From Candidatus Undinarchaeales archaeon (lineage in GTDB: Archaea; SpSt-1190; JASMDC01), in contig JASMDC010000006.1 in assembly GCA_030753015.1 (NCBI GenBank), forward strand, positions 1 to 64,000: a stretch of 64,000 bases of DNA. Direction: 5' to 3'. The number at the start of each line of letters is the position of its first letter. The stretch's first letter is position 1. Positions 48,022 to 57,676 of this stretch are shown in pieces. Made by a program: the position numbers and the translations under genes. Below the pieces are notes generated by a model. It was not told the origin of the DNA. It ran no database searches and saw only the letters and a program-made list of their open reading frames with translations.

Positions 48022-49473
48022 TCACTCGGGAACGAACCGACGCGCCAGCCGCCTCTCCCAAAGATGGTCGAAGTACATACGTCCCACCCTGGCGCGTGCC
48101 AGGGGCCGGTAGAGCCTGGCCAGCGCTGCCACCGCGGGATTCATGGCCAGCTGCCCGGAACCGACGTCCAGGAACATCGAGAGGAACGACAGCCCCTCGA
48201 GAACGTGGCGCTCATCCTCCCCCACCCACGGAACTACCACATGGTCGGCGGACACATCGGCCCAGTGGGCCAGGGAGTCGGGCGGATCGAAACCCCGGGA
48301 AACCGCCTCCTCGTAGAGGACCGTTCCCGGATAAGGGACGAAGATGAAGGCACCCGGTACACGAGCACGGGGATTGTCACCAAGGAGCTTGAACATGAGG
48401 TCGACAGTGGCACGTAGATCCTCAGTTCCCTCGTCCGGGAACCCGCACATGAAGTTGTACACAGGAGCTATATCAGAGCCAACCAGACGACGGTTCACGG
48501 CCATGACGTCCTCTACCCGGATGTCCTTGAGCACTCGGTCCAGCACCGGCTGGGAGCCTGATTCGACACCGAAGTTGAGCTGGCGGCATCCGCTTCGCTC
48601 CAGCAGACGCAGGTCCTCGTCGTTAAGGGCCATGATGGACTCCACCCGGATTCCCTGGGCCTCCCAGATGACGTCGAGCCCCTCGTCGGCCAGGAGGCGG
48701 GCGAAACGTCGGACGCGACCGAGGTTTGCGAACAGGTTCTCGTCCTCGAACCGTACGTTCCCGATGCCGAACCGTTCGGACACGTACCGCACCCGGTCCA
48801 CCATGCGCTCGGCGCTCTGGCCTCGCCAACGCCGACGGTTGTACACGGTGTTATAGCAGAATGCACATCGATGGGGGCAGCCTCGGGAGCTTTCCATGAT
48901 CATCGCGCGTCTTCCTAGGCGGATAGGTGCGTACCGCTCCACGTCCACAAGGTGATAGGGCAGCTCGGGCTGGGCATCGAGTACCACGAGAGGTCGGTCG
49001 GGGGCGTGTACGGGGCGTCCGTCCCTGACCGTCGACACACCCGCCACCCGTTGTACTGGACGGCCATCGCGGAGTGCAGCCAGGAGCGCAGGGAGGGTCT
49101 CTTCTCCCTCACCACGGACGACCATGTCGATGCGTGGATCGGCCAGGGCCAGCTCGGGGAGCATGGTCCCCAAGACACCGCCCAGGACGAAGGGCACGTC
49201 CGCCGCCTCCTTCTTGACAACGCTGGCGGCCTCCAGCATATGGGCCACGGGTCGCCCGGCCATGGCCGTAGAACCGACGAGCAGTGGTCCTGATGCAATC
49301 TCGCGTCGGAGAGTCTCCTCCCATCGCGGATCGGTGCGCTGGTCGATGATGGTCACGTCGAAATCGGCTACTGCACGGGAACAGGCATGGAGCAGGGCCA
49401 GGGGGAGGCTGAAGGGGGACACTACCTCGTCAACGAACCCGATGCGGGGCTGGACGAGGACTAGGTCGGCCAT
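48022..49473 (-). CDS. B12-binding-domain radical SAM protein (class B-like)
   Basis: LPLALL, GEGE, SSRGCPHRCAFCY, EDENL, GVESGS, GFPDE, F.PYPGT. Confidence 0.9.
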   Translation of the reverse strand: MADLVLVQPRIGFVDEVVSPFSLPLALLHACSRAVADFDVTIIDQRTDPRWEETLRREIASGPLLVGSTAMAGRPVAHMLEAASVVKKEAADVPFVLGGVLGTMLPELALADPRIDMVVRGEGEETLPALLAALRDGRPVQRVAGVSTVRDGRPVHAPDRPLVVLDAQPELPYHLVDVERYAPIRLGRRAMIMESSRGCPHRCAFCYNTVYNRRRWRGQSAERMVDRVRYVSERFGIGNVRFEDENLFANLGRVRRFARLLADEGLDVIWEAQGIRVESIMALNDEDLRLLERSGCRQLNFGVESGSQPVLDRVLKDIRVEDVMAVNRRLVGSDIAPVYNFMCGFPDEGTEDLRATVDLMFKLLGDNPRARVPGAFIFVPYPGTVLYEEAVSRGFDPPDSLAHWADVSADHVVVPWVGEDERHVLEGLSFLSMFLDVGSGQLAMNPAVAALARLYRPLARARVGRMYFDHLWERRLARRFVPE

Positions 49474-49524
49474 CGCTCGAGGGTTATACCGTACCCTATT
49501 AATGTTTTCTGCGCAAGTCCATGG

Positions 49525-50898
49525 ATGATGCAGCGGGTCAAGGAGACCGAGTCCGTGTGTCCGCGGTGCTTGCACCGCATCCCTGCCGTCGTGGACGAGG
49601 AGGGCGGGCGGGTGCTCATGCGCAAGACATGCCCGGACCACGGGCCCATCACGGTCGTACTTTCCTCGCGCTCCTGGTACTATCTAGGCCTCGCTGATTT
49701 CTATCGAGGCCTTGCAATCGGCGGGAAGAAGGAAGAGCTGGAGTACAACTTCTACGTCACCATGCGCTGCAACATCAATTGTCCCATCTGCTTTACCAAT
49801 GCCAACGTCACAAAGTACGCTGATCCCTCTCTTGAGGATGTGGGGGCGATGATCAAGGACATGCATGGTGTCCGCCTATGCCTCTTCGGCGGTGAGCCCA
49901 CGGTGCGCAAGGACCTGCCGGACATCATCCGTCTCATCCTTCGATCGGGCAATATCCCCGTGCTCTATACCAACGGTATCAAACTAGAGGACTGTGCCTA
50001 TCTGGAGGAGCTCAGGGATGCGGGGCTTGAGGAGGTCCACCTCCAGTTCGACGGTTTTGAGGAGCGTGTCTACAAGGTGCTCCGCGGCAAGCCCATGGTC
50101 GCCTCCAAGACCAAGGCCCTGGAGAACCTCGAGGCCCTGGGGATCCCTACGGTGCTCGAGTACACCGTGGCCCACGACCTCAACGAGGACCAGATGGTGC
50201 CCACGTTCGAGTACTGCATCCCGCGACCGCACATTCGGGGGCTGTTCTTCCGCTCCTATGTTGTCATGGGCAAGGCCGGGCTCGAGCACGCCAGCTCGGT
50301 GGCAATCGAAGATATGATCGATCGGTTCGACGAATCCACGGGAGGGCGCATCTCGCTGAGGAGCGTGTTCGAGCTCCAACGGCTACTATATGCTTTCTAC
50401 AAGCTGGTGCACCTGCGACGATGTCACTACAGCCAGTACACGTTCATGTACCGCACACCTGGTGGTGGCTACAAACTGGTGAACGAGCTGTTCGACGTCC
50501 ATGGCATCCAGACGGCTTTGGACGCCTTCCGTCACAGGATCCGTGAGGGCTCGCTCCTGGCGATCCCGCTGTTCCTTGCACAGGTCGCGCGGCGCGCGGC
50601 CCATCCGCGCTCACTGAGGTTCATCCGTGATGCCCTGTCGGTGATGACGGGCAAGCTCGTCAAGCACGAGATGTTCTCCTATGGTGAGTCTGGAGTGTCG
50701 GACCGGCTCTTCATCGTTGGATTCGGCGCTATGTGCGAGCCCTACTCGTTCGATTTCCAAGTAGCCGATGCCTGTGATCGGCTCCAACTCACTGATGAAG
50801 GTACACAGATGATGCCCTACGCCCACCTTGAACTCGAGCGGCGAAGCCTTGAGGCCCGGGAGAATCCAGAGGAGGGGATATGGCTCTCCTGCGGGTGA
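49525..50898 (+). CDS. MJ0619/Tes-like radical SAM protein with an N-terminal Cys/His metal-binding domain
   Basis: TESVCPRC...KTCPDHG; VTMRCNINCPICF; GGEPT; TNG; LQFDG. Confidence 0.82.
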   Translation: MMQRVKETESVCPRCLHRIPAVVDEEGGRVLMRKTCPDHGPITVVLSSRSWYYLGLADFYRGLAIGGKKEELEYNFYVTMRCNINCPICFTNANVTKYADPSLEDVGAMIKDMHGVRLCLFGGEPTVRKDLPDIIRLILRSGNIPVLYTNGIKLEDCAYLEELRDAGLEEVHLQFDGFEERVYKVLRGKPMVASKTKALENLEALGIPTVLEYTVAHDLNEDQMVPTFEYCIPRPHIRGLFFRSYVVMGKAGLEHASSVAIEDMIDRFDESTGGRISLRSVFELQRLLYAFYKLVHLRRCHYSQYTFMYRTPGGGYKLVNELFDVHGIQTALDAFRHRIREGSLLAIPLFLAQVARRAAHPRSLRFIRDALSVMTGKLVKHEMFSYGESGVSDRLFIVGFGAMCEPYSFDFQVADACDRLQLTDEGTQMMPYAHLELERRSLEARENPEEGIWLSCG

Positions 50899-52208
50899 CC
50901 CTGGGTACCTGCCCCACCTGCCTCGCGGCGGTGCCGGCATCGCTTGTGCTGGAGGACGGGATGGTGCATCTGGTCAAACACTGCCCGGAGCATGGGGATA
51001 CCAGCACTCTTGTGGCCAAGGACGGTCCCGCGTGGGCCGAACTGGCCGCCTTCTACGAGGAGATGATGGCGCCTCTGCCCGGTATAGGTGACAAGAACCT
51101 GAACCTTCCACTCACGGACCGGTGCAATCTTGCCTGTCCTATCTGCTTCACCCGCTCTGGACCACGTCGCGGGGATGAGCGGGAGCCTTCTCCCGGTGAC
51201 GTCGCGCGGCTGCTTGCGGGCGTCACCGGGGCCAAGGTCCAGCTCTATGGCGGTGAGCCCACGGTCCGCAACGACCTACCGGACATCGTGACCGCGGTCA
51301 TCGCCTCCGGGAACGTGCCCGTGCTGGCCACGAACGGCCTCCTCCTGGCCGAGGAGGGTGTGCTGGACGAACTGCGTGCAGCAGGCCTGGGTGAGGTCCA
51401 TATCCAGCTCGATGGTCTATCCGGGCAGGGTGACAATACCCTCCGGGGCAGGGACGTGTCAGCGGTAAAACGCAAGGCTCTGGAAGCTCTGGAGAAGGCT
51501 GGCATGCCCACAGGCCTGGAGTGCACGTTGGCCCGCGATGTGAACGACGGAGCAGTTGCAGAGCTTCTGACCTACGCGCTGGACCATCACTTCGTACGTG
51601 GTGTGTTCTTCCGCTCCTACGGCCATCTTGGGATTGCCGGGCTCGGTCCGACGGCGCGGCTACGGGTCGAGGAGGTCGTGTCCATGGTTGCGGACGCCTC
51701 TAACGGACGTATTACTCCCGCGGGCTGGACCACCGTCCAGAAGGCGCTCTACGCTGCGTTCAACCTCCTGGGTGTCCCCAGCTGCCTGTACAACCAGTTC
51801 TACCCTGTGCTCCGCCGTCCCGATGGCACGTGGACTGCTGCCGAAGAGCTTGTCGACGTGGAAGGGCTAGATGACGCGCTGGAAAGGTTCCGTGTCACCC
51901 GCCATCGCTTGAGATGGGGGGCCGCCGCTCAGCTGGCCACCGAGGTGTTGCCGCTTGTGCGGGAGCCGGGTCTCGTACGCACCCTCCTATCCGCTGCGGT
52001 CCAGCCACTGGCAGGAGTAGGACCCTTGGATACCCTGGCCACGCCCGGTCTATTGGTAGTTGGCGCTGGCTCGTTGTGTGATCCCGACACCTTCGATCTG
52101 ACCTATTCACTACGGTGCGATGCAGGGCTGGTGGTGCGCGATGGTGAGCCATGGCTCACCCAATCCCTGGACACCCTTCGGGAGGAGCGGCGGCATGGTG
52201 AGGGCTAG
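50880..52208 (+). CDS. Second MJ0619/Tes-like radical SAM paralog
   Basis: CPTC...KHCPEHG; LTDRCNLACPICF; GGEPT; IQLDG. Confidence 0.8.
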   Translation: MALLRVTLGTCPTCLAAVPASLVLEDGMVHLVKHCPEHGDTSTLVAKDGPAWAELAAFYEEMMAPLPGIGDKNLNLPLTDRCNLACPICFTRSGPRRGDEREPSPGDVARLLAGVTGAKVQLYGGEPTVRNDLPDIVTAVIASGNVPVLATNGLLLAEEGVLDELRAAGLGEVHIQLDGLSGQGDNTLRGRDVSAVKRKALEALEKAGMPTGLECTLARDVNDGAVAELLTYALDHHFVRGVFFRSYGHLGIAGLGPTARLRVEEVVSMVADASNGRITPAGWTTVQKALYAAFNLLGVPSCLYNQFYPVLRRPDGTWTAAEELVDVEGLDDALERFRVTRHRLRWGAAAQLATEVLPLVREPGLVRTLLSAAVQPLAGVGPLDTLATPGLLVVGAGSLCDPDTFDLTYSLRCDAGLVVRDGEPWLTQSLDTLREERRHGEG

Positions 52209-53022
52209 TAATAAAAGCGTGGTCCTCCGACCACGGCCTGTGCCCGGGACCGATCACCTCCATGCCGTGCTGCTCATCGCATCGCTCATCATCGTCGCGA
52301 CCGTGTTCCTTGGGCCGACCGTCGTTACAGTGGAGGACACTCGTCCTACCAGGGCCAAGGACCCAGGTGCTCGACTGTCGGTCGAGGGCCCGCCGTCTCC
52401 AGGTGTCGAGGTAGGGCCGCCCGCGCCCACGACCTCATCAGGCCCCGAGGGGCCACCCGTACCGATGCCTACGGTGGCTATAGCCACAACCACAGTTGAT
52501 CCAGATCTACCCGAGGTCATCGGACCGGTAGTGGCAGGATGGGCACCCGTCCCATCGGAGCAGGTGCCCCCGGCGCGACCCACCACCGTCCGGCTGCTTC
52601 CGCCCCGCGGCCCCGATTGGTTGATGGTCCTTGTAACTCGAGAGGCCGTGGAACCCTGCGATGAATGCCTGAGCGTTGACACCGTCAATATCGACGAGGA
52701 GTTCACCATCACGATAAAGGGTCCGGACGAGCCCGTGGTGCCCGAGTACAACCTCACGATCAACATCCCCATACCCCCGGGTTGGTGTGTGCGGACCCTC
52801 AAGGTGAAACTGTGCACCCTCCGCGACGACGGGACCGAGGGACGCTGCTCATCCTTCCAGAACGTCCCTGAGGAAATGGTGGATGGGAACATGTTGCAGT
52901 TCGACACAGAATTGCCTGCGACCATCAACACAGCCCTGGACTTCCGGTGTGATAAGAACGATGGCAGCACGACACAAGTGACCGTTGCAGTGCTACCCCG
53001 TTGGGGCGCGGACAACGCGTAG
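52195..53022 (+). CDS. Membrane-anchored hypothetical protein with a Pro-rich linker
   Basis: N-terminal TM, P/T-rich segment, beta-rich C-terminal domain. Confidence 0.6.
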   Translation: MVRASNKSVVLRPRPVPGTDHLHAVLLIASLIIVATVFLGPTVVTVEDTRPTRAKDPGARLSVEGPPSPGVEVGPPAPTTSSGPEGPPVPMPTVAIATTTVDPDLPEVIGPVVAGWAPVPSEQVPPARPTTVRLLPPRGPDWLMVLVTREAVEPCDECLSVDTVNIDEEFTITIKGPDEPVVPEYNLTINIPIPPGWCVRTLKVKLCTLRDDGTEGRCSSFQNVPEEMVDGNMLQFDTELPATINTALDFRCDKNDGSTTQVTVAVLPRWGADNA

Positions 53023-53054
53023 GTTTTATTTAGGATGGGCACGACTCGGTATTC

Positions 53055-53588
53055 GTGGCGCCTCTCTCTTGGCTGATCGACCTCGTGCTGCGTACGATGT
53101 GGGTGTTCCTGCCTGCCATGATGGCCAACCAGATGCCTCTTCTTGCTCGCGGCATCCCTGTCCTGGACGTCCCCGTGGACGGTGGGAGGATGTGGCGTGA
53201 CGGTGGGCGGCTCCTTGGTGACCATAAGACCCTGAGGGGACTTATCTTGGGAGTGCTCGGTGGGGTGGTCACGGCCCTGGCCCAGGCGTCGGTCCCGGTC
53301 CCCTCACGTTATGTCATGGCGCTGGGGGTCAATCCTATCCTTGTCGGGGCAACGCTCGGGGCAGGGGCTCTGATCGGCGACATCATCGAGAGCTTCGTGA
53401 AACGAAGAAAGGGGGTACCTCCGGGCGAGGACTGGTTCCCATTCGACCAGCTGGACGCTGCGTTCGGAGCGTTGGCCGCCATCTGGCTGTTAGCTCCAAT
53501 CCCGTACGATGTGGCCGTGTGCTTCCTTGTCCTTGCGGTACCGCTGCACGTGGGGACCAACCGAGTGGCTATTAGACTCGGATGGTAG
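53055..53588 (+). CDS. carS: CDP-archaeol synthase (DUF46)
   Basis: PAMMAN..P, PVDGG....DG.RLLGDHKT.RG, GD...SFVKRR, DQLD. Confidence 0.9.
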   Translation: MAPLSWLIDLVLRTMWVFLPAMMANQMPLLARGIPVLDVPVDGGRMWRDGGRLLGDHKTLRGLILGVLGGVVTALAQASVPVPSRYVMALGVNPILVGATLGAGALIGDIIESFVKRRKGVPPGEDWFPFDQLDAAFGALAAIWLLAPIPYDVAVCFLVLAVPLHVGTNRVAIRLGW

Positions 53589-54468
53589 GGGCGGGAGCTA
53601 ACTCCTCGTACCTGATCAGGTCCCGCGTGAGGAGATTGAACTCCAGATCGTTGAACGCCGACGGATTGAGAGAGATAATCAGCAACGCCTTGTGCAAGGC
53701 CACCTGGTCTACCAGATACTGAAGGAACTTGAGGACTGGACGGGAGCCCGCGTGGGTGCTCAGGTATTCAAGTCCGCTGAGGAGGATGATGCTCTGCTCG
53801 TACTTGCCGAAGATGTCGGTGCGTATCATGTCCGAAAGCATATGGAGGTTGTCCGTTGCGAGGATATCGTCGCTGTGCTCGGTATGGGTCAGCCACACAA
53901 GGGGGGTCTTTTGTAGGTTGAACTCCTCGCGTATGTGTTCGGGATAGATGCGGGTGATGGCCAGTCCGTGGAATCCGTGGTGGAGATGATCAGCAAAGAT
54001 ATTGAGCCCTAACTCGTTCCGACGCTCCTCGATGTAGTACGCTCGGCCGAGCTCCAGGGTGAAGGCCGGCTCCGTGGGCGTTTCCTCCTCCAAAGGGGCG
54101 TCCACATGGATCGGCGCTAGCTCGCTGGGTACGCCCAGCTCCTCGATGTGCCACGTGATCTCAATAATGCGGTGTGAACACTCATCGAGCCCGCAGCCTT
54201 TGAGTATCTCACTGATCATCCGCGTGATGAACTGGTCGATCTCAGCATAGCTTACCTTGTACTGGGGATAGAGATGGAGCACGAGGGTGCCGCTCTCATG
54301 CACGCTCTTCACGTCAACCACGATGCGCTCGTCGGCGCCTTCCCGGCTTTCGTACCCATCAAAACCGTTGACAAGGGAGAGGAGCTCTTCCCTGGTGAGA
54401 GGGTGCTTTCCCTCGATGGCGAGGGTCACGTCCATGGGGCTGGAGATGATGACGCTCATGATACTCAC
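53572..54468 (-). CDS. DUF835 domain protein
   Basis: GLAITRIYP...PLVWLT...ILLSGLEYL...LKFL..L.D...LNP.AF. Confidence 0.8.
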   Translation of the reverse strand: MSIMSVIISSPMDVTLAIEGKHPLTREELLSLVNGFDGYESREGADERIVVDVKSVHESGTLVLHLYPQYKVSYAEIDQFITRMISEILKGCGLDECSHRIIEITWHIEELGVPSELAPIHVDAPLEEETPTEPAFTLELGRAYYIEERRNELGLNIFADHLHHGFHGLAITRIYPEHIREEFNLQKTPLVWLTHTEHSDDILATDNLHMLSDMIRTDIFGKYEQSIILLSGLEYLSTHAGSRPVLKFLQYLVDQVALHKALLIISLNPSAFNDLEFNLLTRDLIRYEELAPAPTIRV

Positions 54469-56204
54469 TCCATCACGGGCATCACTAACGAGCCCTTTAT
54501 CTTACCGCATGCGGTGTGGTTGTGATCGAGAAGGATACACAGGTTCTTACGCAGCACCTCTATCTCCGCGACGACCCGATCCTTGTTGAACTTCGGATCA
54601 TCGGTGAAGAGGGTTTCAGGCCAGACGTACCGGCAGTTGAACACATATGCGGGGACATCACGTAGACCGAAGATGGCACGCAGCTGCTCGGCCTCCATGT
54701 AGCTCTCGGGATCTTCGGCAGCGCAGGTGGTGGCGTCACCCTCCTTGGTCTTGACACACTCTGTGCGGATATGAAGCTCGTCTTCGAACAGCTCTGTCAG
54801 GACCTGGCTGGCCAAAGCGACCCCCTCGGATGCCGCATCATTTGGCGTGTAGAACACGAAGAGGTATGCGTCGGTGGCGTTTCCGCAGGAGTTGTCTGCC
54901 CGGGCGTAGATGAGCGGGTAGATCACCAGCGGGGTGTTCGGGTCCGTCTCATCCAGGTTCGTGAAGCGCAATAGGCCCTTGTACTTGGTGAGAAGTGCCT
55001 GGATGGCGGGGTAGTTGGAGCGGACAACCTCCGCTTCGATATAGAGGCCCGGTGCGATGGGTCGCATCGTGGACTGATCACCCTCAACGATCCGGCCGCC
55101 TACCGATTGTATGTCCTTGATGACGCCGCCAAGAGGGGCTGCGGGGCATATCGGACAAGGCACCTCCACGAGCGTCGCCACCAGCTCCTGAGGTGGGATG
55201 AACACCCAGTGGTCCTCCAAGGCGGTATAGGTGATGCTGCCCATCTCTCCCATGATGAGGCTCTCGACGGTCTCGGACAGGCGCGTGTCGTAGTAGAGGA
55301 GTTCCTTGGGCATGAGGATGTAGGGGGGTTCGCGGCCCACCATCTGGGGGGCCGTTCCATCGACCAGTCGTGCACGGGGATTGGAGATGGCTGCGACCAA
55401 CTTGTCGAAGGACTCGCAGGTTGTGCAGCCTGGAGGGCGGGCGTAGCGGACGTCCACTACGCACCAGTCCGGTATGGGATCGGAGAGGGCACACACCAGC
55501 GTCTCCAGCTCAGCGTCCTCGGCCTTCTGGTTCAAGTGGGCAAAGGTTCCCGAGCGCAGGTAGCGGCACCCGATGAGCTCTGTGGGCACGCCGATGAAAG
55601 CTCCCGTTGCATTGAGCCGGCGGACCAGTCCCATTGTGCGGGCGAACACCTCAGCACCGTCGAGCTGCTCGCAATCGGCTGCGTCCTGGGGATTGAATCC
55701 GACACACGCCTCTGCGAAAGTGATGCGCTCGCCCATACGCTTCAGGGCGTCGCGCGCTTTTACCGAGTTGAGCGAACTCGGGGTATAGAAGAGCGTGATA
55801 TTGGGGCCACAGGAAGCATCTCCCAGGTCAGTGAGAGGGACACGAGCGCTGTCTAGCAGCGACGATGGGGTCAGGGTATCCAAGCTCGGGATCTCGCCCG
55901 GGCCCGCCGTGGGCATGACGCTCGGGACCGCCCGGCCCGCGGGCAGGGTGCCCCCCTGCTGGAAGTGGTATCCGATGGCACCGATGGTTATGATGATGCC
56001 CAGTACCACTACAAGGATGATCCAGATGTCCATGGCACGCTGCTCCTCCCTTAGCTGGTGGAGCTCGTTCTCGATGATGTGCTCCTCCTCCTCGATACGA
56101 TGCTCAACCTCCTCGATGCGATGCTCGGTCTCCTCTATCTCGTGGAGAGCCTCCATCACGTTCTCGTCTTTCTTCTTGGAGGGCTTCTTGTCCTTCTTCA
56201 CCAT
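54465..56204 (-). CDS. Membrane-anchored protein with an N-terminal coiled coil and thioredoxin-like repeats
   Basis: IEE.EHR repeats, TM, two LFYTP...VP....CRY units, CTTC and CPIC motifs. Confidence 0.7.
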   Translation of the reverse strand: MVKKDKKPSKKKDENVMEALHEIEETEHRIEEVEHRIEEEEHIIENELHQLREEQRAMDIWIILVVVLGIIITIGAIGYHFQQGGTLPAGRAVPSVMPTAGPGEIPSLDTLTPSSLLDSARVPLTDLGDASCGPNITLFYTPSSLNSVKARDALKRMGERITFAEACVGFNPQDAADCEQLDGAEVFARTMGLVRRLNATGAFIGVPTELIGCRYLRSGTFAHLNQKAEDAELETLVCALSDPIPDWCVVDVRYARPPGCTTCESFDKLVAAISNPRARLVDGTAPQMVGREPPYILMPKELLYYDTRLSETVESLIMGEMGSITYTALEDHWVFIPPQELVATLVEVPCPICPAAPLGGVIKDIQSVGGRIVEGDQSTMRPIAPGLYIEAEVVRSNYPAIQALLTKYKGLLRFTNLDETDPNTPLVIYPLIYARADNSCGNATDAYLFVFYTPNDAASEGVALASQVLTELFEDELHIRTECVKTKEGDATTCAAEDPESYMEAEQLRAIFGLRDVPAYVFNCRYVWPETLFTDDPKFNKDRVVAEIEVLRKNLCILLDHNHTACGKIKGSLVMPVME

Positions 56205-56356
56205 CGGTGGGACACCTGCGCGAAGGGAGCGCCGGGTTCTTTAATAAACCTATCCGCGGGCCGGCTCCGTGGACCGGATCATGACATAAGTCACCAGTCC
56301 ATACTTCGCGGGCCGGCTTCGGAAAGTTTGAAAAGCTTGGCCCTGTCCTTCGGGCC

Positions 56357-57676
56357 ATGGAGCTCAAGACGCCCCGGGGCACGCGTGATTTCCTTCCCGA
56401 CGTCATGATCGCCCGCAAGCACGTCATCCAGGTCATCGAGGGCATCTTCGCCCGCTATGGTTACTCACCCATCGAGACACCGGCGTTCGAGCACCTCGAG
56501 ACGCTGACCTGCAAGGGCGGCGATGAGGTCGACGAGCAGATCTACGCCTTCGAGGACAAGTCCGGTAGGAAGCTGGGATTGCGCTTCGATCTCACCACTC
56601 CACTGGCCCGGCTCGTGGCCCAGAATCCCAATATTCCGATGCCTTTCAAGCGTTACCATATCTCCAGGGTGTGGCGGTACGAGCGCCAGCAGAAAGGGCG
56701 CTACCGCGAGTTCTGGCAGGCCGACGTGGACGTCGTGGGCTCCCCGTTGATGGTCGCGGATGCAGAAGCGCTCACGGTCGCGGTGGAGTGCCTGCGTGCT
56801 CTCGGGTTCGTCAGTTTCCAGGTGAGGATCAATCATCGCAAGCTACTGGAGGCGCTGGCGGCCGTGTGTGGTATTCCAGATGACCTCATCCCGGCAGCCT
56901 TCCGCGCCATGGACAAGATCGACAAGATCGGTCGCAAGGGCGTGTGGGAGGAGATGGAGGGAAAGGGTATCGAGTTCGACGCTATCGAGTCCATCCTTGA
57001 CTTCATCGAGATAGCGGGACCCCCTGAGGAGGTGCTGTCCAAGGCCGAGGAGCTGGTGGGCGAGCACCCGCTCGGGAAACAAGGCATCGATGAGCTCCGC
57101 CAGATCGCAGGCCACCTAAAGGCCTTCGGCATCAGTGACGAGGTGGTTATCGACCTGTCCCTTGTACGGGGCCTCTCCTACTACACCGGACCGATCTTCG
57201 AGGCGAGTATCCCCGAGGGTGGTGTGGGGAGCGTCGCCGGTGGCGGACGCTACGACGGGCTCGTCGCCATGTACGGCGCCCAGCCGCGACCCGCCGTGGG
57301 CATCTCTCTCGGCATCGAGCGCATAATGGCCATCATGATCGAACGGAAGATGGTACCTGATATGCGGACCATGGCCCGGGTGCTCGTTGCTCCGGTGAAC
57401 GATAAGATGCGTGAGAAGGCCATCGAACTGGCCCAGGTGCTCCGGGACTCGGGTGTTGCGACCGACCTGGACCTCCGCGGCCGGAAGCTGGGTAAGCTAT
57501 TCGAGTACGCCGACATCATGCGCGTTCCCTACGTGCTCGTGGTGGGCCCTCGGGATCTGAAGGAGGGCGTGGTCGTGCTGCGGAACATGACCTCCGGTGA
57601 TGAGGAGCGGATTCCTTTGGACACGCTCGGGAAGAATGTGAACGATGTCATCCAGACCGGGAACCTCGAAGCCTGA
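56357..57676 (+). CDS. hisS: Histidine--tRNA ligase
   Basis: PRGTRDF, LRFDLT, RYERQQKGRYREF.Q, LVRGLSYYTG, GGGRYD. Confidence 0.97.
   Translation: MELKTPRGTRDFLPDVMIARKHVIQVIEGIFARYGYSPIETPAFEHLETLTCKGGDEVDEQIYAFEDKSGRKLGLRFDLTTPLARLVAQNPNIPMPFKRYHISRVWRYERQQKGRYREFWQADVDVVGSPLMVADAEALTVAVECLRALGFVSFQVRINHRKLLEALAAVCGIPDDLIPAAFRAMDKIDKIGRKGVWEEMEGKGIEFDAIESILDFIEIAGPPEEVLSKAEELVGEHPLGKQGIDELRQIAGHLKAFGISDEVVIDLSLVRGLSYYTGPIFEASIPEGGVGSVAGGGRYDGLVAMYGAQPRPAVGISLGIERIMAIMIERKMVPDMRTMARVLVAPVNDKMREKAIELAQVLRDSGVATDLDLRGRKLGKLFEYADIMRVPYVLVVGPRDLKEGVVVLRNMTSGDEERIPLDTLGKNVNDVIQTGNLEA

Noticed and set aside
49525-52208. Firm assignment as tetraether synthase Tes
   Set aside because: The C-terminal Cys pattern departs from what I recall for Tes, so these are reported only as Tes-like.
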